Source: Methylococcaceae bacterium | GTDB lineage: Bacteria > Pseudomonadota > Gammaproteobacteria > Methylococcales > Methylomonadaceae | Direction: 5' to 3' | NCBI GenBank assembly: GCA_021647145.1 | Contig: JAKIVF010000001.1 | Coordinates: forward strand, 2,743 to 66,742 | DNA length: 64,000 nucleotides | In this document: positions 18,710 through 28,449 of the stretch, piece after piece | Numbering within the stretch: the stretch's first letter is position 1 | Layout of the letters: every line of letters begins with the position of its first letter | Program-made: the position numbers and the translations under genes | The notes under the pieces: model-generated | Databases searched by the model: none | Told to the model about the DNA's origin: nothing | What the model saw: only the letters and a program-made list of their open reading frames with translations

Positions 18710-18744
18710 TTTCTATCAATAAATGTTTAATTTATTGATAGAAA
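18710..18744. repeat. perfect 15-bp AT-rich inverted repeat between gpmI and envC (terminator or operator)
   Basis: TTTCTATCAATAAAT (18710-18724) / ATTTATTGATAGAAA (18730-18744) with a 5-nt loop. The right arm shares the 13-mer ATTTATTGATAGA with 17110-17122, upstream of gpmI. Confidence 0.45.
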
Positions 18745-18787
18745 GCTATACTTTGAAGATGATAGGTTTGAATCATTAAACTTTGAT

Positions 18788-19942
18788 ATGAAATTAAGAT
18801 ATTTTTTGTTCTTTATTTTTTTTGCTGGTTGTTCATTTTCTTCCTTAGCTTTGGCAGAAAATGTAGAAAGTAAAACTAAAGAGTTAACCGTTTTACAAAA
18901 AATGATTAAGAAGATAAATCAGAAGATAAAGGGGTTAAAAACAAAAAAAAATAGTTTATTAGTTGAATTAAAAAAATTAGATGTTCAGTATGGGGAAATT
19001 AGTGTTGAGCTAAAGGATCTGGAAGAGAATAATAGGCAACTGAAAGAAAAGCTAGAACATAACCGGCAGCTGAAGAAAAATAAACAGCAAGAAATAGATT
19101 CTCAAAAACAAGGTTTAGAAAGCTTGGTAAAAATTGCTTATGGAATGGGGCGGCATGAAAAAATAAAGTTATTGTTAAGCCAAGAGGATCCTTCTGTGTC
19201 AGGAAGGATGATGGTCTATCATGATTATTTGAATAAAGCGCGATTAAAAAAAATTACAATTATTAAGCAAGGATTGCAACAACTACGTGATTTAGAGTTG
19301 GAAAATATTAGAGAAGCTGAAGCTTTACAAGTTAAATTAAAACAAGTAAAAAAGAAAAAGTCTGTTTTATTGGAAACTAAATCTAAACGAGAGGTCTTAA
19401 TTGCTAAAATTAACAAGCGTTTTTCTAGGAAAAAACAGAAGTTAAGTCAATATAAAGCAAGCGAAAAAAAATTAAAGGGGATCATTTCATCCTTACAAAA
19501 CAGCACTAATGATTTTTCCTACGAGAAAGGAAGTTCTAAGCGATTTAGCTTATTAAAAGGAAAACTGCCCTGGCCCCTTCAAGGAAAGATCAAAAAGAAA
19601 TTTGGTGCACAACGTTCTGATACGCGCTGGGATGGCGTGTTAATTTCTGCAAAGGAGAGTGCGGAAATTCGAGTTGTGGCAAAAGGGCAGGTTGTTTTTG
19701 CTGATTGGTTGCGTGGATATGGATTATTAACTATTATTGATCATGGTGGTGGTTATATGACGCTTTATGCTTTTAGTCAAAGCTTATATAAAAAAGTAGG
19801 AGAACGGGTTAAAGCAGGTGATGTTATTGCTGTGGCAGGTCAAAGTGGAGGGCGATCAGAGATAGGGTTATATTTTGGTATAAGGAAAAAAGGTAAGCCT
19901 GTTGATCCAGTAAAATGGTGTCAAAGAAATCGACATAAATAG
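18788..19942 (+). CDS. envC: murein hydrolase activator EnvC-like (coiled coil plus LytM/M23 domain)
   Basis: It has a signal peptide, long coiled-coil repeats and a C-terminal LytM-type domain (IIDHGGGYMTLYAF, GLYFGIRKKGKPVDP). Confidence 0.8.
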   Translation: MKLRYFLFFIFFAGCSFSSLALAENVESKTKELTVLQKMIKKINQKIKGLKTKKNSLLVELKKLDVQYGEISVELKDLEENNRQLKEKLEHNRQLKKNKQQEIDSQKQGLESLVKIAYGMGRHEKIKLLLSQEDPSVSGRMMVYHDYLNKARLKKITIIKQGLQQLRDLELENIREAEALQVKLKQVKKKKSVLLETKSKREVLIAKINKRFSRKKQKLSQYKASEKKLKGIISSLQNSTNDFSYEKGSSKRFSLLKGKLPWPLQGKIKKKFGAQRSDTRWDGVLISAKESAEIRVVAKGQVVFADWLRGYGLLTIIDHGGGYMTLYAFSQSLYKKVGERVKAGDVIAVAGQSGGRSEIGLYFGIRKKGKPVDPVKWCQRNRHK

Positions 19943-20052
19943 GAAAGATGAGAAGCGTTAGAGATGTGTTAGAATATGAGCCTTTTTTCGAATGTAAGTT
20001 TGAATTTAGATTTTAATATAAATTATTTAGTTAAAAATACAAGTATTTTGGA

Positions 20053-21393
20053 GTGTTAAAGCACATGCTTAAAAAGAAGAATAGTGTCATTTTGTTTCTG
20101 GGTGTCATATTAGGCGTTCTACTGAGTGTTGGGAGTTCTGTTTTTGCCGAGCGTGATAAAAGCGTGATTGAACCCATGAAGCAGCAAGAGGTGACTTTAC
20201 CTTATGATGAGTTGCGCGTATTTACTGAAGTGTTTGGTAGAATTAAAAGGGATTACGTTGAACCAGTTTCAGATAAAAAATTATTAGAAGATGCAATTAA
20301 AGGGATGTTATCAGGTCTGGATCCACATTCTTCTTATTTAGACACTGAACAATATAAAGACTTGAAAGAAGGAACTACAGGGCGATTTGGAGGGTTAGGA
20401 ATTGAAGTCACAATGGAGGATGGTTTTGTTAAGGTTGTGTCGCCAATAGATGATACGCCAGCAGAGAGAGCCGGTATTAAAGCTGGTGATCTGGTTGTCA
20501 GACTTGATGAAAAGCCTGTTAAGGGAATGACCTTAGCAGAAGCGGTAAAAATAATGCGAGGAGAGCCGGGGAGTGATATTTTGCTTACGGTTGTTAGGGA
20601 AGGGGAAGAGGCTCCTCTTAAAATAATGATTACTCGGGCAATTATTAAAGTTAAGAGTGTTAAGAGCAAAATTCTTGAGAAGAATTTTGGCTATATACGG
20701 ATTAGTAGTTTCCAATCATCAACAGGACAAGGTGTTTTTAAAGCTGTTGCTGAATTGAAAAAAGAAAATAAAGGTAGTTTAAAAGGTGTTGTTTTAGATT
20801 TACGAAATAATCCAGGAGGCGTTTTAAATGCGGCCGTAGAAGTAAGTGATGCTTTTTTAGAAAAGGGTCTAATTGTTTATACTGAAGGAAGAATTAAAAA
20901 TTCTGAAATGCGCTTTAACGCAGCACCAGGAGATGTAATCGACGGAGTACCGCTTATTGTTCTGATTAATGCAGGGTCTGCGTCAGCATCAGAAATTGTT
21001 GCGGGTGCTCTGCAAGATCATAAGCGAGCCATTATTATGGGAGAGAAATCTTTTGGGAAGGGATCGGTACAAACAATTTTACCTACAAGTGGGAGTGCAG
21101 CTGTTAAGTTAACGACTGCTCGATACTATACTCCATCAGGAAGATCTATCCAGGCGGAGGGGATTTCGCCTGATGTTGCTCTTGCTAGGGTAAAGTTAGA
21201 ATCATTAAAAGCTTCAGAGTTTAAACCTGTAAAGGAAGCTGATCTATCTCATCATTTAGAAAATGGAAAAGCGAAAAAAGAGAATAAAGAAAAAGGAGGG
21301 AAAGATAAAGATGGGGATTCAGAATTAGATACGCGTGATTATGCTTTACATGAAGCATTAAATTTATTGAAAGGGCTGAGTATCATAAAATAA
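20053..21393 (+). CDS. ctpA: S41 family carboxy-terminal processing peptidase
   Basis: It has a PDZ region (GGLGIEV), NPGG, GSASASEI and GEKSFGKGSVQ (catalytic Ser/Lys context). An alternative ATG lies at 20065. Confidence 0.88.
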   Translation: MLKHMLKKKNSVILFLGVILGVLLSVGSSVFAERDKSVIEPMKQQEVTLPYDELRVFTEVFGRIKRDYVEPVSDKKLLEDAIKGMLSGLDPHSSYLDTEQYKDLKEGTTGRFGGLGIEVTMEDGFVKVVSPIDDTPAERAGIKAGDLVVRLDEKPVKGMTLAEAVKIMRGEPGSDILLTVVREGEEAPLKIMITRAIIKVKSVKSKILEKNFGYIRISSFQSSTGQGVFKAVAELKKENKGSLKGVVLDLRNNPGGVLNAAVEVSDAFLEKGLIVYTEGRIKNSEMRFNAAPGDVIDGVPLIVLINAGSASASEIVAGALQDHKRAIIMGEKSFGKGSVQTILPTSGSAAVKLTTARYYTPSGRSIQAEGISPDVALARVKLESLKASEFKPVKEADLSHHLENGKAKKENKEKGGKDKDGDSELDTRDYALHEALNLLKGLSIIK

Positions 21394-21482
21394 ATAAGTT
21401 TTTAAAAGAATTTTATTATGGGGTAACAGGCTATTTAAGGATGGCTTGTTGACTTCCGCATCCAAGAAAAGGCTAGGAAATA

Positions 21483-21749
21483 ATGGAAAAAAAAGATAAT
21501 ACACCTCTTTGGGTTTTTTTAGCATTCTCGAGTATTAATACTCGAAAAGGGGCTTTAATCCTTATTTGGAGTTGTATCATATTTAGCTTGTATTGCATTC
21601 CTTGGAGTTTGTTTTTTTCAGATCAGGAGTGGGTGGCTAGAATATTTCTCATTGATGACTGGAGCTGGTTGGCAATGATGATTCCTATAGTTATTTGGTA
21701 TTGGCTGAGTCTGAGATGGGTAGATAAAAATACTGCTTGGGATGACTGA
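21483..21749 (+). CDS. small membrane protein (hypothetical)
   Basis: 88-aa ORF with an AGGAAA SD and two or three Trp-rich hydrophobic segments. No family recognised. Confidence 0.45.
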   Translation: MEKKDNTPLWVFLAFSSINTRKGALILIWSCIIFSLYCIPWSLFFSDQEWVARIFLIDDWSWLAMMIPIVIWYWLSLRWVDKNTAWDD

Positions 21750-21771
21750 TATTGTTGTTTTAGAAGAAAAA

Positions 21772-21800
21772 AAGGATAAAGAATGCTCCTCTTTATCCTT
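21772..21800. terminator. hairpin between convergent genes
   Basis: AAGGATAAAGA (21772-21782) / TCTTTATCCTT (21790-21800) with a 7-nt loop, followed by a T-rich stretch. Confidence 0.45.
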
Positions 21801-21881
21801 AGTTTGTATGTTTATAAACTCTGCTTTTCCTGTTTTTTATAATTAGCCTGTCCAATAAGCGGATTTTTAATAGATATTTTT

Positions 21882-22334
21882 TTAATTGGATGATGCTTGA
21901 TATTGAACAGTAAAGTCATTCATGGTTGAAAGTGCTGTATCTAGTAGTTCTGGGCTCTCTAGTTGGAAGGCGTTGACGCCAACACGAACTAAATAAAAAA
22001 CTTGATCTGGCATATAGTTACCTATAGCTCGTATCTCACTATTAAAGCCGTATCGGCTTCGTAATAGTTTTGCATGTGAAAATGATCTTCCGTCAGTGAA
22101 TGCCGGAAATTCAAGTGCTACTAATGATATTTGTTCTAAATCATCGGCAATATCCTCAACTTTGTCTGATGGAGATAGTCTAATGCCGGTATTCTCCTTT
22201 CGGGCAAGAAGCTTTATTTTTTCTTTTTTCCATCTAGATAAAGATACAGTTATATTGCCTTTAGGTATTTTGTCGTCATCTGCAATATGGGTCCAGTTGT
22301 CCTCTATAATTTTTTTATCTTTAATAATTTTCAT
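21882..22334 (-). CDS. DUF934 family protein (sulfite-reductase-associated)
   Basis: MKIIKDKKIIEDNWTHI and FPAFTDGRSFSHAKLLRSRYGFNSEIRAIGNYMPDQVFYLVRVGVNAF fit DUF934. The ATG at 22334 avoids the 35-nt overlap with cysI that the track TTG start (22376) would create. Confidence 0.75.
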   Translation of the reverse strand: MKIIKDKKIIEDNWTHIADDDKIPKGNITVSLSRWKKEKIKLLARKENTGIRLSPSDKVEDIADDLEQISLVALEFPAFTDGRSFSHAKLLRSRYGFNSEIRAIGNYMPDQVFYLVRVGVNAFQLESPELLDTALSTMNDFTVQYQASSN

Positions 22335-22341
22335 AAATTTT

Positions 22342-23985
22342 TTAATAGACTGCTTCTTTAAAGGGAATAATGCCAATACGTTCGACGGTATCTAGAAATA
22401 TTTCAGCATCATATCGCTGTTTAATATAAACATCCAGAATGGTTGTGATAACGTTAGTGATTTGATCTTTTGCAACGGCAGGTCCTAGTCTTTTTCCAAT
22501 GGCAGCTTTATTTTCAGATGAGCCACCTAGTGTAAGTTGGTACCATTCAACCCCTTTTTTATCGACACCTAAAATACCAATATGTCCCACACTTTGATGT
22601 GCGCAACCATTCATACATCCAGACATGTTGATTTTTAAATCACCTACATCGTGAATATAGTCCATATCATCTAATGCTTCATTAATTTCTTTGGCAATAC
22701 TAATCGAGCTAGCATTTGCAAGTGAGCAAAACTCTAAACCAGGGCAGCAAATCATATCTGTAGCAGTGCCAATATTGGGCGTTGCCAGTGATAACAATTT
22801 TAGTTTTTCCCACAGCTCAAATAAGTCAGCTTGTTTTACATCAGCAAGTACTAGATTTTGTCTATGAGTAGTTCTGATTTCTCCAAAGCTGTATTGGTCG
22901 GCTAGTTCAGCAACTGAATCCAGTTGTTCAGATGTAATGTCACCCGGGGGGGTGTCTGGCGCTTTTAATGATAAATAAACTGCACGGTAACCTGGTGTCT
23001 TATGTTTTTCAGTATTATGTTTTACCCATCTTGAAAAATTAGAGTTTTGTTCTTTTTTTGATTCAAAACTAGTATCCTGACTGGCTTTTTCTTCATAGTT
23101 GGGTAAAGCAAAGTGAGCTTGAATATCTTTAATATGCTCATCACTTAACTCCATACCATTTTTTATTTGTTGCCATTCAGCTTCAACCCATTCGGTCATT
23201 TTTTGTATACCACTTTCTCTAACTAGTATTTTGATTCGAGCTTTGTATTTATTGTCGCGCCGACCATTGAGATTATATACACGAACAATAGCTTCCAAAT
23301 ACGAGAGTAGGTGTTTTCTTTCCAAAAAGGGCCTGATTACTTTACCAATAACTGGTGTCCTGCCCAATCCGCCACCGACTAATACTCTAAAGCCCACTTC
23401 CCCAGTGCCATTTTTGATTATGTGTAGGCCAATATCGTGAAGTTGAGTTGCAGCTCTGTCTTGTTCTGATCCACTGACAGCAATTTTAAATTTACGAGGT
23501 AGGTAGGCAAATTCAGGGTGCAGGGTAGTCCATTGACGAATAATTTCACAGTAAGGACGAGGGTCTTCAATTTCATCAATACACACGCCCGCTAAAGGAT
23601 CTGTAGTGGTATTTCTTAAACAATTACCGCTGGTTTGAATGGCATGCATTTGAACGCTAGCTAAATCAGCAAGAATATCAGGTACATTTTTTAATTCAGG
23701 CCAATTGAACTGGATGTTCTGACGTGTGGTGATATGGGCGTAGCTTTTATCATATTTTCTAGCAACATGTGCAAGCATACGGAGTTGTTTTGATGAAAGT
23801 AAACCATAGGGTCCCGCGACTCGGAGCATGGGGGCGTGTGTTTGAATGTATAGTCCATTCATTAGGCGTAACGCTCGAAATTCATCTTCACCTAATTCAC
23901 CTTTTAGATAGCGTTCGGTTTGCCCTCTAAATTGGCTGACTCTTTCGTTTAGTATGGTTTGGTCGTCGTTGTTGTATTGATACAT
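22342..23985 (-). CDS. cysI: sulfite/nitrite reductase hemoprotein (siroheme-4Fe4S), CysI-like
   Basis: 547 aa with duplicated NiR/SiR ferredoxin-like halves. The Cys cluster motifs are MICCPGLEFC and MSGCMNGCAHQ. Confidence 0.85.
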   Translation of the reverse strand: MYQYNNDDQTILNERVSQFRGQTERYLKGELGEDEFRALRLMNGLYIQTHAPMLRVAGPYGLLSSKQLRMLAHVARKYDKSYAHITTRQNIQFNWPELKNVPDILADLASVQMHAIQTSGNCLRNTTTDPLAGVCIDEIEDPRPYCEIIRQWTTLHPEFAYLPRKFKIAVSGSEQDRAATQLHDIGLHIIKNGTGEVGFRVLVGGGLGRTPVIGKVIRPFLERKHLLSYLEAIVRVYNLNGRRDNKYKARIKILVRESGIQKMTEWVEAEWQQIKNGMELSDEHIKDIQAHFALPNYEEKASQDTSFESKKEQNSNFSRWVKHNTEKHKTPGYRAVYLSLKAPDTPPGDITSEQLDSVAELADQYSFGEIRTTHRQNLVLADVKQADLFELWEKLKLLSLATPNIGTATDMICCPGLEFCSLANASSISIAKEINEALDDMDYIHDVGDLKINMSGCMNGCAHQSVGHIGILGVDKKGVEWYQLTLGGSSENKAAIGKRLGPAVAKDQITNVITTILDVYIKQRYDAEIFLDTVERIGIIPFKEAVY

Positions 23986-24130
23986 TAAATAAAGCTAAGT
24001 TAGTTTCAAGCAAATAGTGAGTTCTTTAATCATATACTGAGATTGTTTAAATGACAAAGAATATTATATGGTGCTATTATTAAGAGTTGATAGTCATAAT
24101 TATAATGGGTTTTAGAGCGAGGGGGTTATT

Positions 24131-25498
24131 TTGTTACGTTTGTTATTGATTTTTGCCAGTCTACTATTTTTGCCTGAAATGGCAATGGCTGAAGAGTATA
24201 AAGAGGACTTTACTAATTTAGGCCTTACGGGAACAGAGAGAGGGATTTATACGGTTCTGATTTTTATTATCGCGTACGGTTTTGTTATGGCTGAAGAATT
24301 TACGGGTTTGCGTAAGTCCAAACCGGTTATTTTAGCAGCTGGAATAATCTGGGCTCATGCCGCTATTTTGGCGAGAGATGCAGGCGTTTCTGTGGAACAA
24401 TTGCATGAAGCTTTTGAATATAATTTAGCCGAATTTGCCGCTTTGATGTTATTTTTGCTGGTAGCGATGACTTATATCAATGCCATGGCAGAACGTAATG
24501 TATTTGAAGTTTTAAGATCATGGATGATTAGGAAAAAGTTTAGTTATAAGCAGCTTTTTTGGGTGACTGGAATTATCACCTTCTTTTTATCTGCAGTAGC
24601 AGATAATCTGACTTCTGCTTTGCTAGTGGGTGCTGTAGTGATGGCGGTTGGTAAAGGAAACGATAAATTTGTAGCTATTGGATTGGTAAATCTGGTGGTG
24701 GCAGCAAATGCTGGCGGAGCTTTTAGTCCTTTTGGCGATATTACAACTTTGATGGTCTGGCAAGCAGGGTATGCTGAATTCTTTGACTTTTTTGCGTTAT
24801 TCATTCCTTCTGTTGTGAATTATGTTGTGCCTGCTGCTTTTATGTATATGGCAATACCGGATGAGCAACCCGCTGCTACAAAGGAGGATGTTGCTGCTGT
24901 GCTAAAGCCTGGTGCAATACAGGTTTGTGTTTTATTTTTGTTAACAATTGTAACCGCAGTCTGCTTTAAGCAGTTTCTACATTTGCCTCCCTTTATGGGG
25001 ATGATGGTCGGGTTATCTATATTAATGATTTATGGTTTTAGTATTAACAAACTGTATAGCGATGAATCATTTGATATTTTTGATAAAGTTCGTGATGCTG
25101 AATGGGATACTTTGTTTTTCTTCTTTGGCGTTGTATTTGCTGTAGGTGGTTTAGGTTATATTGGCTATCTAGAGCTATTATCAGGTGCAATGTATGAAGG
25201 GTTGGGCGATACAACGGCAAATGTATTTGTCGGTATAATCTCAGCTATTGTTGATAATATTCCAGTAATGTTTGCCGTTTTGAATATGAATCTAGATATG
25301 GATTTATATCAATGGTTGCTGGCTACATTAACTGCGGGTACTGGTGGTTCTATGCTATCAGTTGGGTCTGCTGCAGGGGTCGCGCTAATGGGAACATCTA
25401 ACCATAAATATACTTTTTTTAGTCATATGAAATGGACTCCGTATATTGCGATAGGGTATTTTGCAAGTATTTTTACACATTATTTGATTAATGGATAA
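24131..25498 (+). CDS. nhaD: NhaD-type Na+/H+ antiporter (ion transporter superfamily)
   Basis: 455-aa polytopic protein with the repeated motifs LSAVADNLTSALLVGAVV and ISAIVDNIPVMFAVLNM. The TTG start is preceded by GAGGGGG. Confidence 0.75.
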   Translation: MLRLLLIFASLLFLPEMAMAEEYKEDFTNLGLTGTERGIYTVLIFIIAYGFVMAEEFTGLRKSKPVILAAGIIWAHAAILARDAGVSVEQLHEAFEYNLAEFAALMLFLLVAMTYINAMAERNVFEVLRSWMIRKKFSYKQLFWVTGIITFFLSAVADNLTSALLVGAVVMAVGKGNDKFVAIGLVNLVVAANAGGAFSPFGDITTLMVWQAGYAEFFDFFALFIPSVVNYVVPAAFMYMAIPDEQPAATKEDVAAVLKPGAIQVCVLFLLTIVTAVCFKQFLHLPPFMGMMVGLSILMIYGFSINKLYSDESFDIFDKVRDAEWDTLFFFFGVVFAVGGLGYIGYLELLSGAMYEGLGDTTANVFVGIISAIVDNIPVMFAVLNMNLDMDLYQWLLATLTAGTGGSMLSVGSAAGVALMGTSNHKYTFFSHMKWTPYIAIGYFASIFTHYLING

Positions 25499-25776
25499 AA
25501 TAATTATTGTAAGAGCTTTGTGGGTATCTGCTGAGCCGGATATTTTTTAAAGCTTTATAAAATATAAATTAAATTGCATCTTTTTGGCTTAATGTTATAT
25601 CGTAAGTTGGGAAGGTGCTTTTTTATGTATTAAATAGAGATCCAAAAACATTGGTGGTGTATATAAATCAGGCTCTGGGGGGGGTTAAAAAAATCAATAT
25701 GTCTGAATTAATTAACTACACTAATATTAAACTTGTCTACACACACAATAGCTAAATTGATTCAGGGTCGCTATCT

Positions 25777-27324
25777 TTATTTAAGCTTGAAGAGTTTTCC
25801 TGTCCAGGCAATAAGAAATAGTACGGGGATACCCATTAAGGCAGTAACGACAAAAAAACGTGAATAGCCTATAGTATCAACAAATGTTCCTGAATATCCC
25901 CCTAAAATCTTAGGAAACAATGTCATTAGTGAGCTAAAAATAGCATATTGTACAGCGGTAAATGAAATATTTGTTAAGCTTGATAAGAATGCAATAAAGG
26001 CTGCGCTTGCGAGACCTGCGGATAAATTATCTGCTGAAATAACAATGATTAGCATCATCATGTCGTGGCCTGATTCAGCCAGTACCATAAATAGTAAGTT
26101 GGTTAAAGCTGATAGTAATGCTCCTAAGAAAAGAATTCGCATAATACCATACCTGACAGCAAGTATGCCACCAAGAAAACCACCTGCAATAGTCATTAAT
26201 AAGCCAAAGCTTTTGACCACACCAGCAATTTCAGGTTTAGTAAACCCAAGATCTTGATAAAAGACATTGGAGATAACGCCCAATAAAATATCTGAAATAC
26301 GGTAAAGGCCGATTAACGCTAAGAGTATCCAAGCTAAGGACCAGCCAAATCGATGAAAAAAATCTTTTATGGGCTCAAGATAAGTTTGTTCAATGATTTG
26401 TTGTTGGGCAAGACCTGATTGGATCACAAGCTTAGCTATTATTGCCGCAATTAATAGAGCAAAAGCCAAGCGGCATAGCTCAATTAGGAAAGATGCTAAT
26501 GGTTTATTGGCAAGTAGAGTAGATAAAGGTTTAATGCTTAAATGTGCAAAGCTAGAGCTGAAATAAAAACATGCAATAAAACCACTAACAGATAATATAA
26601 ATAATAATAGGAAGCCTAAATTTTTTTGTTGACTAGGCGTGCTGGAATTTGAATTTTGCGGGCTAGGCTCAGCAATAACCAATGTAGTAATAATTCCTGT
26701 TAACATAATGCTGGCCATTACGAAGTAGGTCCACTGCCACGCTTGATAATTGTAGTTCTGCATTGTTGAGCCAAAATAGTTAGCTAAAAATAAGGCGCCA
26801 GCACCAGCGAGAATCATTCCAATACGATAACCTGCAATATAGCTTGATGATATTAATGTTTGCAAATCGCTATCCGCTGATTCGATTCGATATGCGTCAA
26901 TAACGATGTCTTGAGTTGCAGATGAAAAACCTAAAAATACAGCTGCCCATGCCATTAAGTTAAGTGAGTCGACAGCTGGGTCAATTAATGCCATTGCACT
27001 GATTGCCAGCATGATCATAAATTGTGAAAAGAATAACCACGCACGCCTTTTTCCGAGAATTTTGGTCAAAAAAGGCAAGGGTAATTGGTCGATGAGTGGC
27101 GCCCAGACAAATTTGAAGGAATAACCTAGTGCAGCCCAGCTAAAATAGGTGACGGCTCCTCGTTCAACACCAGCCTCTCTTAACCAGAGGCTGAGAGATG
27201 AAAAAATCAATAATAAAGGGATGCCTGCAGAAATTCCTAGAAACAACATAGTCAACACTCGAGGGTGGGTGAATGTACTTATAGTTTCTTGCCAGCTTTT
27301 GTTAGGAGTTTCTCGGTTCATCAT
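25777..27324 (-). CDS. ampG: AmpG family muropeptide MFS permease
   Basis: LGISAGIPLLLIFSSLSLWLREAGV...YSFKFVWAPLIDQLPLPFL..KRRAWLF parallels the E. coli AmpG N-terminus. Confidence 0.85.
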   Translation of the reverse strand: MMNRETPNKSWQETISTFTHPRVLTMLFLGISAGIPLLLIFSSLSLWLREAGVERGAVTYFSWAALGYSFKFVWAPLIDQLPLPFLTKILGKRRAWLFFSQFMIMLAISAMALIDPAVDSLNLMAWAAVFLGFSSATQDIVIDAYRIESADSDLQTLISSSYIAGYRIGMILAGAGALFLANYFGSTMQNYNYQAWQWTYFVMASIMLTGIITTLVIAEPSPQNSNSSTPSQQKNLGFLLLFILSVSGFIACFYFSSSFAHLSIKPLSTLLANKPLASFLIELCRLAFALLIAAIIAKLVIQSGLAQQQIIEQTYLEPIKDFFHRFGWSLAWILLALIGLYRISDILLGVISNVFYQDLGFTKPEIAGVVKSFGLLMTIAGGFLGGILAVRYGIMRILFLGALLSALTNLLFMVLAESGHDMMMLIIVISADNLSAGLASAAFIAFLSSLTNISFTAVQYAIFSSLMTLFPKILGGYSGTFVDTIGYSRFFVVTALMGIPVLFLIAWTGKLFKLK

Positions 27325-28100
27325 GAAGGCATGGTGTAATTATAATCAATAATTAATGGAGCATGATCAGAAAAACGTTTGTTTTTATAGATTTCTGTAG
27401 CTAAGACTTTGCCTCTTAAATTAGGTGATAAAATTTGATAATCAATACGCCATCCAACGTTATTAGCCCAAGCTTGTCCGCGGTTTGACCACCAGGTATA
27501 TTGATGTTCTTCTTGCGCAATCTCACGAAAAGCATCGACAAAATCCATTTCATGAAATAATTTATCTAACCAGGCGCGTTCCGCAGGTAAAAAGCCAGAA
27601 TTTTTTTGGTTACCTTTCCAATTTCGAATATCTTCATTTTTATGAGCAATATTCCAGTCCCCGCAAATAATATAGTCACGTCCTGATTCTTTCATTTGTA
27701 TTAATTTTTCCATCATATGGTCCATGCAGCGGTATTTGACTTGCTGGCGCTCCTCTTTTGCTGAACCAGAAGGCATATATAGCGATATAACGCTTAAATT
27801 TGCAAACTTAGCTTCAATATACCGGCCTTCACTATCAAACTCATTATTGCCCATTCCCATAATAATTTCGTCAGGTTTTTTTCGACAATATAACGCAACC
27901 CCACTATAACCTTTTTTTTCTGCATCATGATAAGAACAATGATAGTTTTTAGGCCAAAATGCTTCCGCGATGAGTTGCTCTGCTTGGGCTTTAGTTTCCT
28001 GAATGCAAATAACATCAGCATCTTGTTTTTCTAACCAAGTAAAAAAGCCTTTACGTTCAGCAGATCTTATACCGTTTGTATTGAGTGAAATTATGCGCAT
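27321..28100 (-). CDS. xthA: exodeoxyribonuclease III
   Basis: Motifs MRIISLNTNGIRS, DVICIQETK and SDHAP. Its TGA stop overlaps the ampG ATG (ATGA at 27321-27324). Confidence 0.92.
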   Translation of the reverse strand: MRIISLNTNGIRSAERKGFFTWLEKQDADVICIQETKAQAEQLIAEAFWPKNYHCSYHDAEKKGYSGVALYCRKKPDEIIMGMGNNEFDSEGRYIEAKFANLSVISLYMPSGSAKEERQQVKYRCMDHMMEKLIQMKESGRDYIICGDWNIAHKNEDIRNWKGNQKNSGFLPAERAWLDKLFHEMDFVDAFREIAQEEHQYTWWSNRGQAWANNVGWRIDYQILSPNLRGKVLATEIYKNKRFSDHAPLIIDYNYTMPS

Positions 28101-28192
28101 AATAAAATGAATGTTGCAGAATTAGTGAGTAAATCGTATTATACTCAGTTCTCTTTTAAGTATGTAGCCCTTTTGGGTAATGTGGAAGTAAA

Positions 28193-28393
28193 ATGAAACC
28201 AGAAATTCATCCAGAATATAAACAGATTACTGTAACATGTGGTTGTGGTAATAAATTTGAAACAGGCTCAGTATTAACTGAAGATTTGCATGTGGAAGTG
28301 TGCTCTTCGTGCCACCCTTTTTATACTGGAAAACAAAGAGTTGTTGATACCGCTGGGCGTGTAGATAAATTTCGCAAGAGATTCGGTAAATAA
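28193..28393 (+). CDS. rpmE: 50S ribosomal protein L31 (Zn-ribbon type)
   Basis: [22 protein letters not shown]...[12 protein letters not shown]. Confidence 0.95.
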   Translation: MKPEIHPEYKQITVTCGCGNKFETGSVLTEDLHVEVCSSCHPFYTGKQRVVDTAGRVDKFRKRFGK

Positions 28394-28449
28394 GTTGTTT
28401 TTATTTTTTTCTTGTGGATCGTTGATTAGTAGAAAAAGGTTCTAGATTT

